Source: an uncultured Bacilli bacterium
GTDB lineage: Bacteria; Bacillota_I; Bacilli_A; RFN20; CAG-826
DNA: 64,000 nucleotides
Assembly (NCBI GenBank): GCA_944327845.1
Contig: CALVHN010000001.1
Location: forward strand, 9,149-73,148
Direction of reading: 5' to 3'
A program made the position numbers and the translations under genes. Shown here piece after piece: positions 1-10,821 of the stretch (position 1 is its first letter; each line of letters starts with the position of its first letter). A model generated the notes under the pieces. That model ran no database searches, had not been told where the DNA came from, and was given only the letters and a program-made list of their open reading frames with translations.

Positions 1-30
1 AAGATTTATGTAATAAATGGAGGTTAAGTT

Positions 31-381
31 ATGAATACAAATTTAGTTAAAGAAGTAGCTGCCACACAATTAAGAACTGATCTTCCAGAATTCTCTTCTG
101 GTGATACAATTAAAGTTTCAGTAAAAATTACTGAAGGTGGCAAATCAAGAATCCAAGTTTTTGAAGGTGTTGTTATGGCTCGCCGTGGTGGTGGAGTTGG
201 AGAAACCTTCACAGTAAGAAAAATGTCAGCAGGAATTGGAGTCGAAAGAATTTTTGGACTTCATTCACCACTTGTTGCTAATATTGAAGTAGTTAAAAAA
301 GGTAAAGTAAGACGTAATAAAATTAACTATCTTCGCGGAAGAAGTGGTAAAGCTGCTAGAATTAAACAAATTCTTAAATAG
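31..381 (+). CDS. rplS: 50S ribosomal protein L19
   Basis: 116 aa. Conserved L19 core '[12 protein letters not shown]...[17 protein letters not shown]' and a C-terminal basic tail. A GGAGG ribosome-binding site lies upstream. Confidence 0.9.
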   Translation: MNTNLVKEVAATQLRTDLPEFSSGDTIKVSVKITEGGKSRIQVFEGVVMARRGGGVGETFTVRKMSAGIGVERIFGLHSPLVANIEVVKKGKVRRNKINYLRGRSGKAARIKQILK

Positions 382-412
382 AATAAGTATTAAATTATTA
401 AAAGGTGACGAT

Positions 413-440
413 AAAGATGGCAAAAAAGCCATCTTTTTAT
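413..440 (+). terminator. rho-independent terminator after rplS
   Basis: Stem AAGATGGC / GCCATCTT around an AAAAAA loop, followed by a T-tract. Confidence 0.5.
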
Positions 441-452
441 TAGACTATTTTT

Positions 453-1334
453 ATGGGTAAATATGTAGAAAAGAAAGAAAATAATAAAAATGTAAATAAC
501 TGGTATCCAGGACATATGAAGAAAGCAACTAATCAAATAATTGAAAAATTAAAATTAGTTGATTTTATTATTTTTATTTTGGATAGTAGAGTTCCTTATA
601 CTTCTTTTAATTCTAATTTAAATGAACTAATTAAAAATAAGAGAAAACTTATTATTTTTAATAAAATTGATTTAGCTGATTTAGATAAATTAAATCTATT
701 TATTGATAAAAATTTAAATAAAGAAAATGATTATTATTTATTATTAAATTTAAGTGATAATAGTTCAAAAGAGAAAATTTTTAAAAAAATAGATGATTTT
801 AGCAAAGAAAAATTAGAAAAACTTAAAAATAAAGGGATTAAACATGCTGTGACAAGAGCATTAGTTTTAGGAATTCCTAATGTTGGAAAATCTACTTTTA
901 TTAATATGATCGCACCTAAAAATATTCAAAAAGTTCAAAACATGCCAGGTATAACAAGAAATATTACTTGGGTAAAAATAAATAAAAATTTTGAGATGAT
1001 TGATAGTCCTGGAATTTTAGAACCTCGTTTTAAAGATGCTAATAGTGGGATTAAATTATCTTTAATTGGAAGTGTCAAAGAAGGAATAATTAATAATGAT
1101 GTTCTTGTTGAATTTGTTTTAAATTTTTTAAAAAATAATTGCTTAGAGCAATTATTAAATTACTTAAATTTAAAGGAACTTCCTAATAATAATGAAGAAA
1201 TTTTAAAAAATATTGCAGTTTTGCGAGGTTTTTTATTAAAAAATAGCGAATATGATATTGAAAAAGCAAAAGTTATATTATTAAAAGACTTTAAAAATGG
1301 AAAAATTTCAAAAGTCTTTTTAGATGAGGTTTAA
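453..1334 (+). CDS. rbgA: ribosome biogenesis GTPase A (YlqF/RbgA)
   Basis: N-terminal 'WYPGHMKKA', circularly permuted GTPase motifs 'NKIDL' and 'GIPNVGKST', and its position after rplS as in Bacillus. Confidence 0.8.
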   Translation: MGKYVEKKENNKNVNNWYPGHMKKATNQIIEKLKLVDFIIFILDSRVPYTSFNSNLNELIKNKRKLIIFNKIDLADLDKLNLFIDKNLNKENDYYLLLNLSDNSSKEKIFKKIDDFSKEKLEKLKNKGIKHAVTRALVLGIPNVGKSTFINMIAPKNIQKVQNMPGITRNITWVKINKNFEMIDSPGILEPRFKDANSGIKLSLIGSVKEGIINNDVLVEFVLNFLKNNCLEQLLNYLNLKELPNNNEEILKNIAVLRGFLLKNSEYDIEKAKVILLKDFKNGKISKVFLDEV

Positions 1335-1935
1335 TAAACTTATGTTAGATTATGATTATCAATTTTATACTGAAAAAATTCAAAAAATTGTAGGAATTGA
1401 TGAAGCAGGAAGAGGACCTTTAGCAGGTCCAGTTGTAGCAGCGGCTGTAATTTTACCTAAAGATTATACGAATGAAAAAATAAATGATTCAAAAAAATTA
1501 AGTGAAAAAGTACGTGAAAAATTATTTTTAGAAATTAAAGAAATTGCTCTTGCTGTTGGAGTTGGAATAATTGAAGCTACTGTTATTGATCAAGTTAATA
1601 TTTATGAAGCGACAAAACTTGCGATGCTAGAGGCTTTAAAACAAATAAAAATTAATTACGATTTAGTTTTAACTGATGCTATGCCTTTAAAATTAGAAAA
1701 TAATATCAATGTAATTCCTATTATTAAAGGAGATGCAAAATGTATCTCTATTGCCGCTGCAAGTATTATTGCTAAAGTTACAAGAGATCATATTCTTTAT
1801 GATTTAGATAAAAAATATCCTGAATATGGTTTTAAAAATCATAAGGGTTACGGAACAAAAAAACATATAGAAGCTATTAAAAAATATGGCGAAATAGAAG
1901 GAATTCACCGCAAAAGTTTCAAAATCAAAAAATAA
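1324..1935 (+). CDS. rnhB: ribonuclease HII
   Basis: Motif '[21 protein letters not shown]' and the conserved rbgA-rnhB order. Confidence 0.85.
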   Translation: MRFNKLMLDYDYQFYTEKIQKIVGIDEAGRGPLAGPVVAAAVILPKDYTNEKINDSKKLSEKVREKLFLEIKEIALAVGVGIIEATVIDQVNIYEATKLAMLEALKQIKINYDLVLTDAMPLKLENNINVIPIIKGDAKCISIAAASIIAKVTRDHILYDLDKKYPEYGFKNHKGYGTKKHIEAIKKYGEIEGIHRKSFKIKK

Positions 1936-1989
1936 TTTGGGAAATTTTTATCATTCAATTCATCTTGTTATATAGGAGGTGAACATTGA

Positions 1990-2802
1990 ATGAAAGGACG
2001 TGATTTAATCGCTTATCTATCTTACCTTTACGATGGTAATTGGGAAGAGATTTATGAAGCGATAAAAAGCAAACAAAGAGTTACTGAAAAAGAAATCGAA
2101 GATTTTTTAAGTAAAGAAAATATCGGACCTTATTTAACCTTGGTTGATGCAGAGTACCCTTCTTCTTTAAAAAAAATCTCTCGACCACCATTTGTTTTAT
2201 ACTATAAAGGTGATTTATCTTTAATTAGTGATGATAATTATGACAATTGTTTAGCAATTGTAGGTAGTAGAAATTCTTCAAAATATGGAGAAGATTCTGT
2301 TAAAAACATTGTTGAAAAATTAACAAATAATGTAATTATTGTTTCTGGTTTAGCTATTGGAATTGATAAAATTGCCCATCAAAGTGCATTATTTTCTAAC
2401 AAAAAGACTGTTGCGGTATTAGGATCTGGAATTGGGAATTATTATCCGAAAGAAAACGAATCTTTATTAGATGAAATTGTTAATAAGGGCGGATTAATAA
2501 TTAGTGAATATCCATTTAATGTAGAAGCAAGTAAAGATAATTTCCTATTTAGAAATAGATTAATTGCAGCATTTGGTAAGGCAGTACTAGTTGGTGAAGC
2601 ACATTTAAGAAGTGGAACTAGTAGGACGGTAAATTATGCAATAAATTGTGGAAAAGATGTTGGCTGTATTCCCTACCCTTTAAGCAATGATGGAATAAAA
2701 AGTGGATGTAATCGTTTAATTAAAGATGGTTCATATTTAATTGAAGATGATAACGATATTTATGATCTTCTAGGTATTAATCGAATTGATGATGAAAAAT
2801 AA
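1990..2802 (+). CDS. dprA: DNA processing protein DprA/Smf
   Basis: Rossmann-like DprA core 'VSGLAIGIDKIAHQSAL' and 'LVGEAHLRSGTSRTVNYA'. It precedes topA as in Bacillus. Confidence 0.8.
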   Translation: MKGRDLIAYLSYLYDGNWEEIYEAIKSKQRVTEKEIEDFLSKENIGPYLTLVDAEYPSSLKKISRPPFVLYYKGDLSLISDDNYDNCLAIVGSRNSSKYGEDSVKNIVEKLTNNVIIVSGLAIGIDKIAHQSALFSNKKTVAVLGSGIGNYYPKENESLLDEIVNKGGLIISEYPFNVEASKDNFLFRNRLIAAFGKAVLVGEAHLRSGTSRTVNYAINCGKDVGCIPYPLSNDGIKSGCNRLIKDGSYLIEDDNDIYDLLGINRIDDEK

Positions 2803-3025
2803 GTATTACTATAAAAAAGAATTAAGAGAACAACTTACTAATAAAGTTTTTAAAAATGCAGAATCTATTTCATATGAAGATGATTCATTTGAAATTGTTC
2901 AAGTCTATCAAAAAAATATTGCAAAAAGGAATAAACCAAAAGATTTAGTGACGATTATTAAAATAATTATTGCTCCTGCGACTAATAAAAACTGGGAAAT
3001 TTTCAAAAAATTTTATTTTTTTTAA
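2786..3025 (+). CDS. small hypothetical protein (79 aa), doubtful
   Basis: ORF overlapping the dprA stop. No recognisable motifs and lysine-rich. It may be an AT-rich artefact. Confidence 0.2.
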   Translation: MMMKNKYYYKKELREQLTNKVFKNAESISYEDDSFEIVQVYQKNIAKRNKPKDLVTIIKIIIAPATNKNWEIFKKFYFF

Positions 3026-3116
3026 ATATAATAATATTTAATAAGTTTTAAAAAATTTTTCTACTTTACAAAAATTACTTTTCTTTTTATATTCATAAAG
3101 TTTAAGAGAGGATTTT

Positions 3117-5195
3117 ATGAAATTAGTTATTGTTGAGTCACCAACTAAAAGTCATACGATTAGTCATTATCTAGGAGAAGACTATGTTGTTGAAGCTAGT
3201 ATTGGACATATTAGAGATTTAGCTAAATCTGGTAAAGGTGGGTTTGGAGTTGATATTGAAAATAATTTTAAGCCAACTTATGTAGTATTAGATGATAAAA
3301 AAGATGTTATTAAAAATTTAAAAAAATTAGCCAAAAAATCAGAAGAAATATATCTTGCAACCGACCCTGATAGAGAAGGTGAAGCTATTGCTTGGCATTT
3401 AAGCGATGTTTTAAACTTACCCATTGAAGATACTAAACGTTTGGAGTTTCATGAGATAACTAAAGAAACTATTTTAAAATCAATTGAAAATCCAAGAACA
3501 ATTAATATGAATCTTGTTCATTCCCAAGAAGCAAGGAGAATTATTGATCGTATTATTGGTTTTAAATTATCTGGTTTATTGAATCAAAAGATTAAAAGTA
3601 AATCTGCCGGAAGAGTCCAATCTGTTGTTTTAAAATTAATTTGTGACCATGAAAAAGAAATAAATTCTTTTGTTCCTGAAGAATATTGGACAATTGAATG
3701 TTATATTCAAATTAAAAATAATGAATATCTATTAAATCTTATTTCAGTTGATAAAAAGAAACCTGAATTAAAAAATGAAGAAGATGCTCTTAATTTATTT
3801 AGACAAATTGGTGATAAAGTTAAAGTTTCTAATATTAATTTTACTGAACGACAAACTTCTTCAAAAGAACCTTTTAGAACATCAACTTTACAACAAGAAG
3901 CTTTTTCTAAATACAACTTTAAGACTAAAGACACCTCTTTATTAGCTCAACAACTTTATGAAGGTATTGAAACAAATGAAGGTTTAACTGGTTTAATTAC
4001 CTATATGAGAACCGATTCAACAAGAATTAGCGAAGAATTTGTTGATAAAGCGAAAGCTTACATCACTAATAAATATGGCGCCGATTATTTTAAAGGTGTA
4101 GCAAGTTCTAAAAAAATAAAACTTGCTCAAGATGCACATGAATGTATTAGACCAACATCTTTAGAAAGAACACCTGAATCTATAAAACCATATTTAACTA
4201 CAAATCAGTACAAACTTTATAAATTAATTTTTAATAGAACAGTTGCATCTTTAATGTCTGATAAAATTGATTTAGTAAAGACAGTTACTATGTTTTCAAA
4301 TAATGTTGAATTTAATTTAAAAGGTATTACTAATAAATTTCCTGGATATAATATTTTAAAAATTGAAGAAAAGGATAAAACCGAACAAGAATTACCTGAA
4401 ATCAACGAAGGTGAAGAATTTGATTTAATTAAAAAGGAAAAAAATCAACATTTTACAAAACCACCTGCAAGATACAGCGAAGGAAAAATTGTACGTTTAA
4501 TGGAAGAAAAAGGTATTGGAAGACCATCAACTTATTCTTCAACAATTCAAACATTACTTCAAAGAAAGTACATTTTATCGGAAAAAGGAATTTTATCACC
4601 AACCGAACAAGGAGTTTTAACTTCTAATGTTTTATCAAAGTATTTCCCTGATTTAATGTCTACTGAATACACTGCAAACATGGAACTATCTTTGGATAAA
4701 ATCCAAGATGGAGACCTTAATGAAGTACAGTTATTAAAAGATTTTTATTCAGATTTCATAATGCATTTTGATGAAGTAAAACAAATTATGTATAAAGAAC
4801 CACCAAAATTAACAGGAGAAAAATGTCCAGTTTGTGGAGGAGATATGGTTTATCGTCAAGGAAAATATGGAGAATTCCAAGCTTGTATTAATTATCCAAC
4901 TTGCAAATATATTAAAAAAGAAAAGAAAGAAGTTGAATTTTTAAATAGAACTTGTCCTGAATGTGGTTCTCCTTTAGTTGTTAGAAAAAATAAAAAAGGC
5001 GATGAATTTATTGGATGTTCAAACTTCCCAAAATGTCATTATGTTGAAAGTATGAAAAATGAAGAATTGGAAGAAAGAATTTGCCCTGATTGTGGTGGGA
5101 AACTTGTTTTAAAACATTCAAGACGAGGAAGCTTCTATGGGTGTAGTAATTATCCAAAGTGTACTCATGTTGAACCTTTAAAATCAAAGAAATAG
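3117..5195 (+). CDS. topA: DNA topoisomerase I with three C-terminal zinc ribbons
   Basis: TOPRIM N-terminus 'KLVIVESPTKSHTISHYLG', the active-site Tyr region 'LITYMRTDS', and three CxxC...CxxC zinc-finger repeats at the C-terminus. Confidence 0.9.
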   Translation: MKLVIVESPTKSHTISHYLGEDYVVEASIGHIRDLAKSGKGGFGVDIENNFKPTYVVLDDKKDVIKNLKKLAKKSEEIYLATDPDREGEAIAWHLSDVLNLPIEDTKRLEFHEITKETILKSIENPRTINMNLVHSQEARRIIDRIIGFKLSGLLNQKIKSKSAGRVQSVVLKLICDHEKEINSFVPEEYWTIECYIQIKNNEYLLNLISVDKKKPELKNEEDALNLFRQIGDKVKVSNINFTERQTSSKEPFRTSTLQQEAFSKYNFKTKDTSLLAQQLYEGIETNEGLTGLITYMRTDSTRISEEFVDKAKAYITNKYGADYFKGVASSKKIKLAQDAHECIRPTSLERTPESIKPYLTTNQYKLYKLIFNRTVASLMSDKIDLVKTVTMFSNNVEFNLKGITNKFPGYNILKIEEKDKTEQELPEINEGEEFDLIKKEKNQHFTKPPARYSEGKIVRLMEEKGIGRPSTYSSTIQTLLQRKYILSEKGILSPTEQGVLTSNVLSKYFPDLMSTEYTANMELSLDKIQDGDLNEVQLLKDFYSDFIMHFDEVKQIMYKEPPKLTGEKCPVCGGDMVYRQGKYGEFQACINYPTCKYIKKEKKEVEFLNRTCPECGSPLVVRKNKKGDEFIGCSNFPKCHYVESMKNEELEERICPDCGGKLVLKHSRRGSFYGCSNYPKCTHVEPLKSKK

Positions 5196-5198
5196 AAT

Positions 5199-6482
5199 AT
5201 GGCAGATTTTGTAAATGTTATTGGTGGCGGACTTGCTGGATCTGAAGCAGCTTATTTTTTAGCAAATCATGGTATTAAAGTTAAACTATATGAAAAAAGA
5301 CCACTGGTAAATTCTCCTGCTCATAACACCTCCTTATTTGGGGAACTTGTTTGTTCAAACTCTCTAAAATCACAAGCTTTAACTAATGCATGTGGGCTTT
5401 TAAAGGAAGAAATTAAGCATTTAGATTCATTAATTATTGAAGCTGCGCAAACAAGTAAAATTGAAAGTGGAGATTCACTTGATGTTGATAGAGATATTTT
5501 TGCTAATTACATAACTAGTAAGATAAAAAGCCATAAAAACATTGAAATTATTAATGAAGATGTTTCTGTGCTAAATCTAAACGAAAAAACAATTGTTTGT
5601 ACAGGTCCTTTAACTTCTGAATCTCTTGTTGAATATATTTCAAGTTTAGTTGGAGAAAAGGTTTTCCATTTCTTTGATGCAAGTGCTCCTATTATTAAAA
5701 AAGAATCAATCGATAGTTCAAAAGTTTTCACAAAATCTCGCTACGACCATGGAGAAGGAAAATACATAAACTGTCCAATGAATAAGGAGCAGTATCTAAG
5801 CTTTTATAACGAATTAATAAACGCAAAAAAAGCTCATGTTCATTCTTTTGATACTAATTACTTTGAAGGTTGTTTACCTATTGAAGTTATTGCAAGCAGG
5901 GGAGTCGATACTTTAAGATTTGGTCCTTTAAAACCAGTTGGTTTAGAAAACGAAGGTAAAAGTTATTATGCTGTTGTTCAATTAAGACAAGACGATTTAA
6001 TTGGAAACTTTTATAATTTATTAGGTTTTCAGACAAATTTAACTTACGGTGAACAAAAAAGAGTTTTCTCGATGATTCCTGGACTTGAAAATGCAAAATT
6101 TGTCCGTTATGGAACAATGCATAGAAATACATTTCTATATTCACCAAAAATGCTTGATGATTTTTTAAGATTAAAAAAATTTAAGAATATTTATATTGGT
6201 GGTCAATTAAATGGTGTTGAAGGCTACGTCGAATCTGCTGCAACAGGATTATTAGCAGCTTATTATTGCTTTGCTGACATTAAAAAAATTCCAATAAAAA
6301 AATTATCTTTTTACACAATATTAGGAGCTTTAGTTAATTATATTACACATACTGGGGTGAATAATTTTCAACCAATGAATGCAAATTTTGGTATAATTTA
6401 TAAAGCATCAACTACACCAAAAGAAGAAATTATAAATCGTTCATTAACGTTAATTAATGACTTTAAAAAGCAATTTATTTAA
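5199..6482 (+). CDS. trmFO: methylenetetrahydrofolate--tRNA-(uracil-5-)-methyltransferase TrmFO (Gid)
   Basis: FAD-binding 'VIGGGLAGSEAAYFLANHGIKVKLYE' and the conserved topA-trmFO-xerC order. Confidence 0.85.
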   Translation: MADFVNVIGGGLAGSEAAYFLANHGIKVKLYEKRPLVNSPAHNTSLFGELVCSNSLKSQALTNACGLLKEEIKHLDSLIIEAAQTSKIESGDSLDVDRDIFANYITSKIKSHKNIEIINEDVSVLNLNEKTIVCTGPLTSESLVEYISSLVGEKVFHFFDASAPIIKKESIDSSKVFTKSRYDHGEGKYINCPMNKEQYLSFYNELINAKKAHVHSFDTNYFEGCLPIEVIASRGVDTLRFGPLKPVGLENEGKSYYAVVQLRQDDLIGNFYNLLGFQTNLTYGEQKRVFSMIPGLENAKFVRYGTMHRNTFLYSPKMLDDFLRLKKFKNIYIGGQLNGVEGYVESAATGLLAAYYCFADIKKIPIKKLSFYTILGALVNYITHTGVNNFQPMNANFGIIYKASTTPKEEIINRSLTLINDFKKQFI

Positions 6483-7384
6483 TGAATTTACTAGAAGAAA
6501 AATTTTTAGAACATTTAAAATTAAATCTCAATTTTAGCAATTATACTTTAATTGCTTATAAGCATGATATCGATGTTTTCTATGATTTTGTTAATGAGAA
6601 AGATTTGGATTTTGAAAATTTTTCTCGAACTAACATAAGAGATTTTATTAAATATCGACTAGATAAAAAAGATTCTATTAGAACTGTTAAAAGAAGAATA
6701 TCTGCTTTAAATAAATTTTATGAATATCTAGTAAAAAATAATTATATCCAAACAAATAATTTTGTTGGAATTAGGTTAAAATCGCGCGAAAATACTCTTC
6801 CTAATATATTATTTGAATCCCAAATTAATAGGCTTTTAGATGAAAATAATAAAAGAACCGATTTTTACAAAGAAAGAGATCAAGCAATATTAGAATTGAT
6901 GTTTTCTAGCGGTATAAGGTGCTCTGAAACAATTAATTTAAAACTAACTGACGTTAATTTTAGTTTAAATGTTGCTTTAATTAATGGTAAAAGGAACAAA
7001 CAAAGATATGTTCCATTTTCTCCTAACGCAAAACAGGCATTAATTTCGTATATAGAAAATACAAGAAAAGTTTTAATGAATAAAAGTCCAAATTATGAAG
7101 ATAAAAAATATTTATTTTTAAATAAAAATGGTTCGAAATTATCTGCTCGTGGTCTTGAATATATTTTTAAAACTATTACTTTAAAAACAGGTATTTCTTT
7201 TGATTTTAGCTTTCATCCTCACTCCTTAAGACATACTTTTGCAACACATTTATTAAACAATGGGGCGGATATAAAAACAATTCAAGAATTATTAGGACAC
7301 TCATCCTTAAATACGACACAAATTTATACACATGTTTCACTTGAGAAACTTAAAGAAGATTATAATAAGTATTTTCCTAAGTAG
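6482..7384 (+). CDS. xerC: tyrosine site-specific recombinase XerC/CodV
   Basis: C-terminal catalytic box 'HSLRHTFATHLLNNGADIKTIQELLGHSSLNTTQIYTHV' (R..H..R..Y) and a position equivalent to Bacillus codV. Confidence 0.75.
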   Translation: MNLLEEKFLEHLKLNLNFSNYTLIAYKHDIDVFYDFVNEKDLDFENFSRTNIRDFIKYRLDKKDSIRTVKRRISALNKFYEYLVKNNYIQTNNFVGIRLKSRENTLPNILFESQINRLLDENNKRTDFYKERDQAILELMFSSGIRCSETINLKLTDVNFSLNVALINGKRNKQRYVPFSPNAKQALISYIENTRKVLMNKSPNYEDKKYLFLNKNGSKLSARGLEYIFKTITLKTGISFDFSFHPHSLRHTFATHLLNNGADIKTIQELLGHSSLNTTQIYTHVSLEKLKEDYNKYFPK

Positions 7385-7418
7385 ATTTTTATTATTGTGA
7401 CACTTTGGTAATTTGAGA

Positions 7419-7448
7419 TTGAAAAATTAGAATAATCTCGTGTATAAT
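7419..7448 (+). promoter_or_regulatory. sigma-A-type promoter for the rpsB-tsf operon
   Basis: TTGAAA -35 (7419-7424), an 18-nt spacer ending in TG, and TATAAT -10 (7443-7448). A leader hairpin CTTTTGC/GCAAAAG lies at 7456-7475. Confidence 0.35.
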
Positions 7449-7573
7449 ATTACGACTTTTGCAAGAAGGCAAAAGATTACGCACACTATGAATTCAATGG
7501 CCTAGTCTTTAAATTATTTTAAAGGGAAATTGTTCGAAATAGTGGAGGCTTAACAAATTGGAGGAGAGTCAAA

Positions 7574-8632
7574 ATGACTGAAGAAATTTTAGAAAATGTA
7601 GAAACTTCAAATGAAGAAACTACAAACATTATGGAAAGTGTTGTACACGATCCTAACACACCTGTTGTTACTTTAAAGAAATTATTAGAAAGTGGAGTCC
7701 ATTATGGTCACAATACAAGAAAATGGAATCCAAAGATGCAACAATATATCTATTGTGCAAGAAATGGTATTTATATTATCGATTTAAATAAAGTAAAAGA
7801 AGGTATTGATGTTGCATATGCAAAATTAAAAGAAATCGTTAATGAAGGCGGAAAAGTTCTTTTTGTTGGTACAAAAGATAACGCTAAAGAAGTTGTTCAA
7901 GAAGAAGCAACAAGAAGTGGATCTTTCTATGTTAATAATAGATGGTTAGGTGGTATTTTAACTAATTTTAGAACTATTCAAACCAGAATTAGAAAATTAA
8001 AAGACATGGAAATTGAAGAAGAAGATGGTGCTTGGGATAATCTTCCTAAGAAAGAAGCTTCTAAATTAAAAAAGGAAAAAGAAAAATTATTTAAAAACCT
8101 TGAAGGTATCAAGGAAATGAGAAAAGTTCCTAATGCATTAATTGTTATCGACCCAATGAACGAACATAATGCTATTAGAGAAGCTAATAAATTAAATATT
8201 CCTGTTTTTGCTATTTGTGATACAAATTGTGATCCTGATAATGTTGATTATGTTATTCCAGGTAACGATGATGCTGATAAATCAATTAGACTTATTATTG
8301 GAATTTTAGCTGATGCTATCGTTGAAGCTAAAGGTGGACTTCCAGAAGTTGCATACGCACCTCTTGATGGTGAAGAAGTCACTATGAAAGATGCTTTAAG
8401 ACAAGCAGATAGAGAAAATGCTCTTAGAGTAGCTGCAAGAAGAGAAATGCAAAGAGAAAGACTTGAAAAAGAAAAAGCAAGACGTAATGCATTTGAAAAT
8501 AAAAATAAAGAAGTTGCTTCTAATCCAGTAGAAAATTCTACTGAAGAAGTCAAAGAAGAAACAAAAACTGTAAAAAAACCAAGAAAAACCGTTAAAAAAG
8601 AAGAAAAAGTTGAAGAAACTGAAAATAATTAA
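7574..8632 (+). CDS. rpsB: 30S ribosomal protein S2 with a long K/E-rich C-terminal extension
   Basis: S2 core 'LLESGVHYGHNTRKWNPKM' and 'VFAICDTNCDPD'. The 352 aa include a charged tail of about 100 aa. Confidence 0.9.
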   Translation: MTEEILENVETSNEETTNIMESVVHDPNTPVVTLKKLLESGVHYGHNTRKWNPKMQQYIYCARNGIYIIDLNKVKEGIDVAYAKLKEIVNEGGKVLFVGTKDNAKEVVQEEATRSGSFYVNNRWLGGILTNFRTIQTRIRKLKDMEIEEEDGAWDNLPKKEASKLKKEKEKLFKNLEGIKEMRKVPNALIVIDPMNEHNAIREANKLNIPVFAICDTNCDPDNVDYVIPGNDDADKSIRLIIGILADAIVEAKGGLPEVAYAPLDGEEVTMKDALRQADRENALRVAARREMQRERLEKEKARRNAFENKNKEVASNPVENSTEEVKEETKTVKKPRKTVKKEEKVEETENN

Positions 8633-8646
8633 AAAGGAGTATTTTA

Positions 8647-9510
8647 ATGGCAAACATTGAATTAATTAAGGTTCTTAGAGAAAGAACTGGCGCAGGAATT
8701 ATGGATTGCAAAAAGGCTCTTTCCGAATGCAATGATGATATCGATAAAGCTTGCGACTGGTTAAGAGAAAAAGGAATTGCTAAACAAGCTAAAAAAGCTG
8801 ATAGAATTGCTGCAGAAGGTTTAACTAATATTGCTGTTTCAGCTGAAACTAATTCTGCTAGTGTTGTTGAAGTAAACTGTGAAACTGATTTTGTCGCTAA
8901 AGCTACACCATTTATTGATTTAGTTAATGTTTGTGCAAAAAAAGCTTTAGTAGCTAAAGATATTAATGATTTACAAGAATTAGTAAAAGAAGAATTCACT
9001 GATGCTGCTGTTAAATTAGGGGAAAAATTAAGTATTCGTAGATTTAATGTTGTTAAAGGAACTTCTGAAAACTCCTTTGGAACATACTCACATGGTGGTG
9101 GAAAAATCTCGACAATAGTTCTTCTTAAGAACAAAGATGATGAGCTCGCTAAACAACTTGCAATGCATATTACTGCAAATAATCCAAAATATATTTCAGA
9201 AAATGATATTGCTCCAGAAGAAATTGAAAACGAAACAAAAGTTCAACTTGAAGCAATGAAAAATGATGAAAAATTAAAAGGCAAGAAAGAAGAACAATTA
9301 AAAATCATTGTTAAAGGTAAAGTTCATAAAGTATTTGCTGAATTTATATTACTTGAACAAGACTTCTTAATGGATCCTTCTAAGACAGTTGCTCAAGTCT
9401 TAAAAGAAAAAGGCAATGAAGTTCTTACTTTTGTTAGATATCAAGTTGGTGAAGGATTAGAAAAAAGAAAAGATAACTTTGCTGAAGAGGTAATGGCACA
9501 AGCTAAATAA
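8647..9510 (+). CDS. tsf: elongation factor Ts
   Basis: UBA-like N-terminus 'LRERTGAGIMDCKKAL' and the conserved rpsB-tsf pair. Confidence 0.9.
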   Translation: MANIELIKVLRERTGAGIMDCKKALSECNDDIDKACDWLREKGIAKQAKKADRIAAEGLTNIAVSAETNSASVVEVNCETDFVAKATPFIDLVNVCAKKALVAKDINDLQELVKEEFTDAAVKLGEKLSIRRFNVVKGTSENSFGTYSHGGGKISTIVLLKNKDDELAKQLAMHITANNPKYISENDIAPEEIENETKVQLEAMKNDEKLKGKKEEQLKIIVKGKVHKVFAEFILLEQDFLMDPSKTVAQVLKEKGNEVLTFVRYQVGEGLEKRKDNFAEEVMAQAK

Positions 9511-9515
9511 GAATG

Positions 9516-9537
9516 AGGCGCTTTATTGCGCCTTTTT
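9516..9537 (+). terminator. rho-independent terminator/attenuator between tsf and pyrH
   Basis: Stem AGGCGC / GCGCCT around a TTTATT loop, followed by TTTTT. Confidence 0.5.
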
Positions 9538-9543
9538 AAAAAT

Positions 9544-10266
9544 ATGAGTAAAACAATTATTTTAAAATTAAGTGGCGAATCATTAAGCGACATCGAAGAT
9601 GGTCTTATTTTGAACAACGAAAAAATGGACCAAATAATTTCAATTATTAATACTTTTGTAAATAAAAAGTATAAAGTCGGAATTGTTATCGGAGCAGGTA
9701 ATATTTTTAGAGGTAGAATTGCTAATAAAATAGGAGTTAATCAAGAGTCTGGCGATTATATGGGAATGCTAGGAACTATGATCAACTGTATCGCATTAGG
9801 AGATTTATTGACTAAAAATAATATTAAAAATCAAGTTTTTTCTGCTTTACCTATTTCAATTGAAAGATATGTTTTACCTTACGATGTTAGCTTAGCAAAT
9901 AATTTATTAAATGAAGGTTATGTATTGCTTTTTGGGGCTGGAGTTGGAAAACCAAATTTTACAACTGACACTTGTGCTGCAAAAAGAGCAATTGAAGTAA
10001 ATGCCGACTTGATTTTATGTGGAAAAAATGGAGTCGATGGAGTTTATAGCGACGATCCTAAAATTAATAAAAGTGCTACATTAATTTCGAAAATGTCTTA
10101 TAATGACATTATCTCAAATAACTTAAAAGTTATTGATAAAACGGCTGCAGAACTTTTAAAAGATTCAAAAGTCGTTACAAAAATATTTTCAATGGATGAC
10201 ATTTCCAACTTTATAAAAGTTATAGATGATGAAAATATTGGAACTACGATTAAAGGAGATATTTAA
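9544..10266 (+). CDS. pyrH: UMP kinase
   Basis: 'IILKLSGESL' and 'GIVIGAGNIFRG', matching the UMP-kinase consensus. I placed the start at the ATG at 9544, preceded by a ribosome-binding site, rather than at the ORF-track start 9526. Confidence 0.85.
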   Translation: MSKTIILKLSGESLSDIEDGLILNNEKMDQIISIINTFVNKKYKVGIVIGAGNIFRGRIANKIGVNQESGDYMGMLGTMINCIALGDLLTKNNIKNQVFSALPISIERYVLPYDVSLANNLLNEGYVLLFGAGVGKPNFTTDTCAAKRAIEVNADLILCGKNGVDGVYSDDPKINKSATLISKMSYNDIISNNLKVIDKTAAELLKDSKVVTKIFSMDDISNFIKVIDDENIGTTIKGDI

Positions 10267-10268
10267 AA

Positions 10269-10814
10269 ATGGAAGATATTTTATTAGAAATTGAAGATAA
10301 AATGGAAAAAACCGTTAATTCCTTAAAGAAAAATTTAAATACTTTAAGAACAGGAAGAGCTAGTGCTTCTTTACTTGATAATATTGAATGTGAATATTAT
10401 GGAGATAAAATTTTAATTTCTTCAATTGCTGCTATTAAAGTTCCAGAACCAAGACAATTATTAATTGCTCCATACGATCAAAATGATATTAGAACAATTG
10501 TGACTGCAATCAATGCAAGCAATATTGGAATTAATCCTATAGTTGATGGAAAACAAATTAGACTTATCATTCCTGCATTAACTGAAGATAGAAGAAAAGA
10601 ATTGGTTAAAAAAGCAAAAACTTATTGTGATGAAAGTAAAGTTGCAATTAGAAATATTCGCCGTGATTTTAATGAAAAAGTAAAAAAAGACGATTCCTAC
10701 ACAGAAGATACTCGTAAAAGAGAAGAAGAGAAAATTCAAAAATTAACGGATAGTTTTATCTCTCAAATTGATGCAATCTTAAAAGAAAAAGAAAGCGAAA
10801 TCATGTCAATATAG
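10269..10814 (+). CDS. frr: ribosome recycling factor
   Basis: 181 aa, 'LRTGRASASLLD', following pyrH. Confidence 0.9.
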   Translation: MEDILLEIEDKMEKTVNSLKKNLNTLRTGRASASLLDNIECEYYGDKILISSIAAIKVPEPRQLLIAPYDQNDIRTIVTAINASNIGINPIVDGKQIRLIIPALTEDRRKELVKKAKTYCDESKVAIRNIRRDFNEKVKKDDSYTEDTRKREEEKIQKLTDSFISQIDAILKEKESEIMSI

Positions 10815-10821
10815 TTGGTGA

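Noticed and set aside
3707-6147. Short antisense ORFs inside topA and trmFO (3707-3934, 4217-4405, 5507-5731, 5887-6147)
   Set aside because: They overlap well-supported genes on the opposite strand and have no motifs. They are shadow ORFs in AT-rich DNA.
8248-9134. Three minus-strand ORFs (85-180 aa) antisense to rpsB and tsf
   Set aside because: They lie fully inside, and antisense to, two highly conserved ribosomal/translation genes. They have low-complexity composition (S/F/L-rich) and no ribosome-binding sites. They are typical shadow ORFs.
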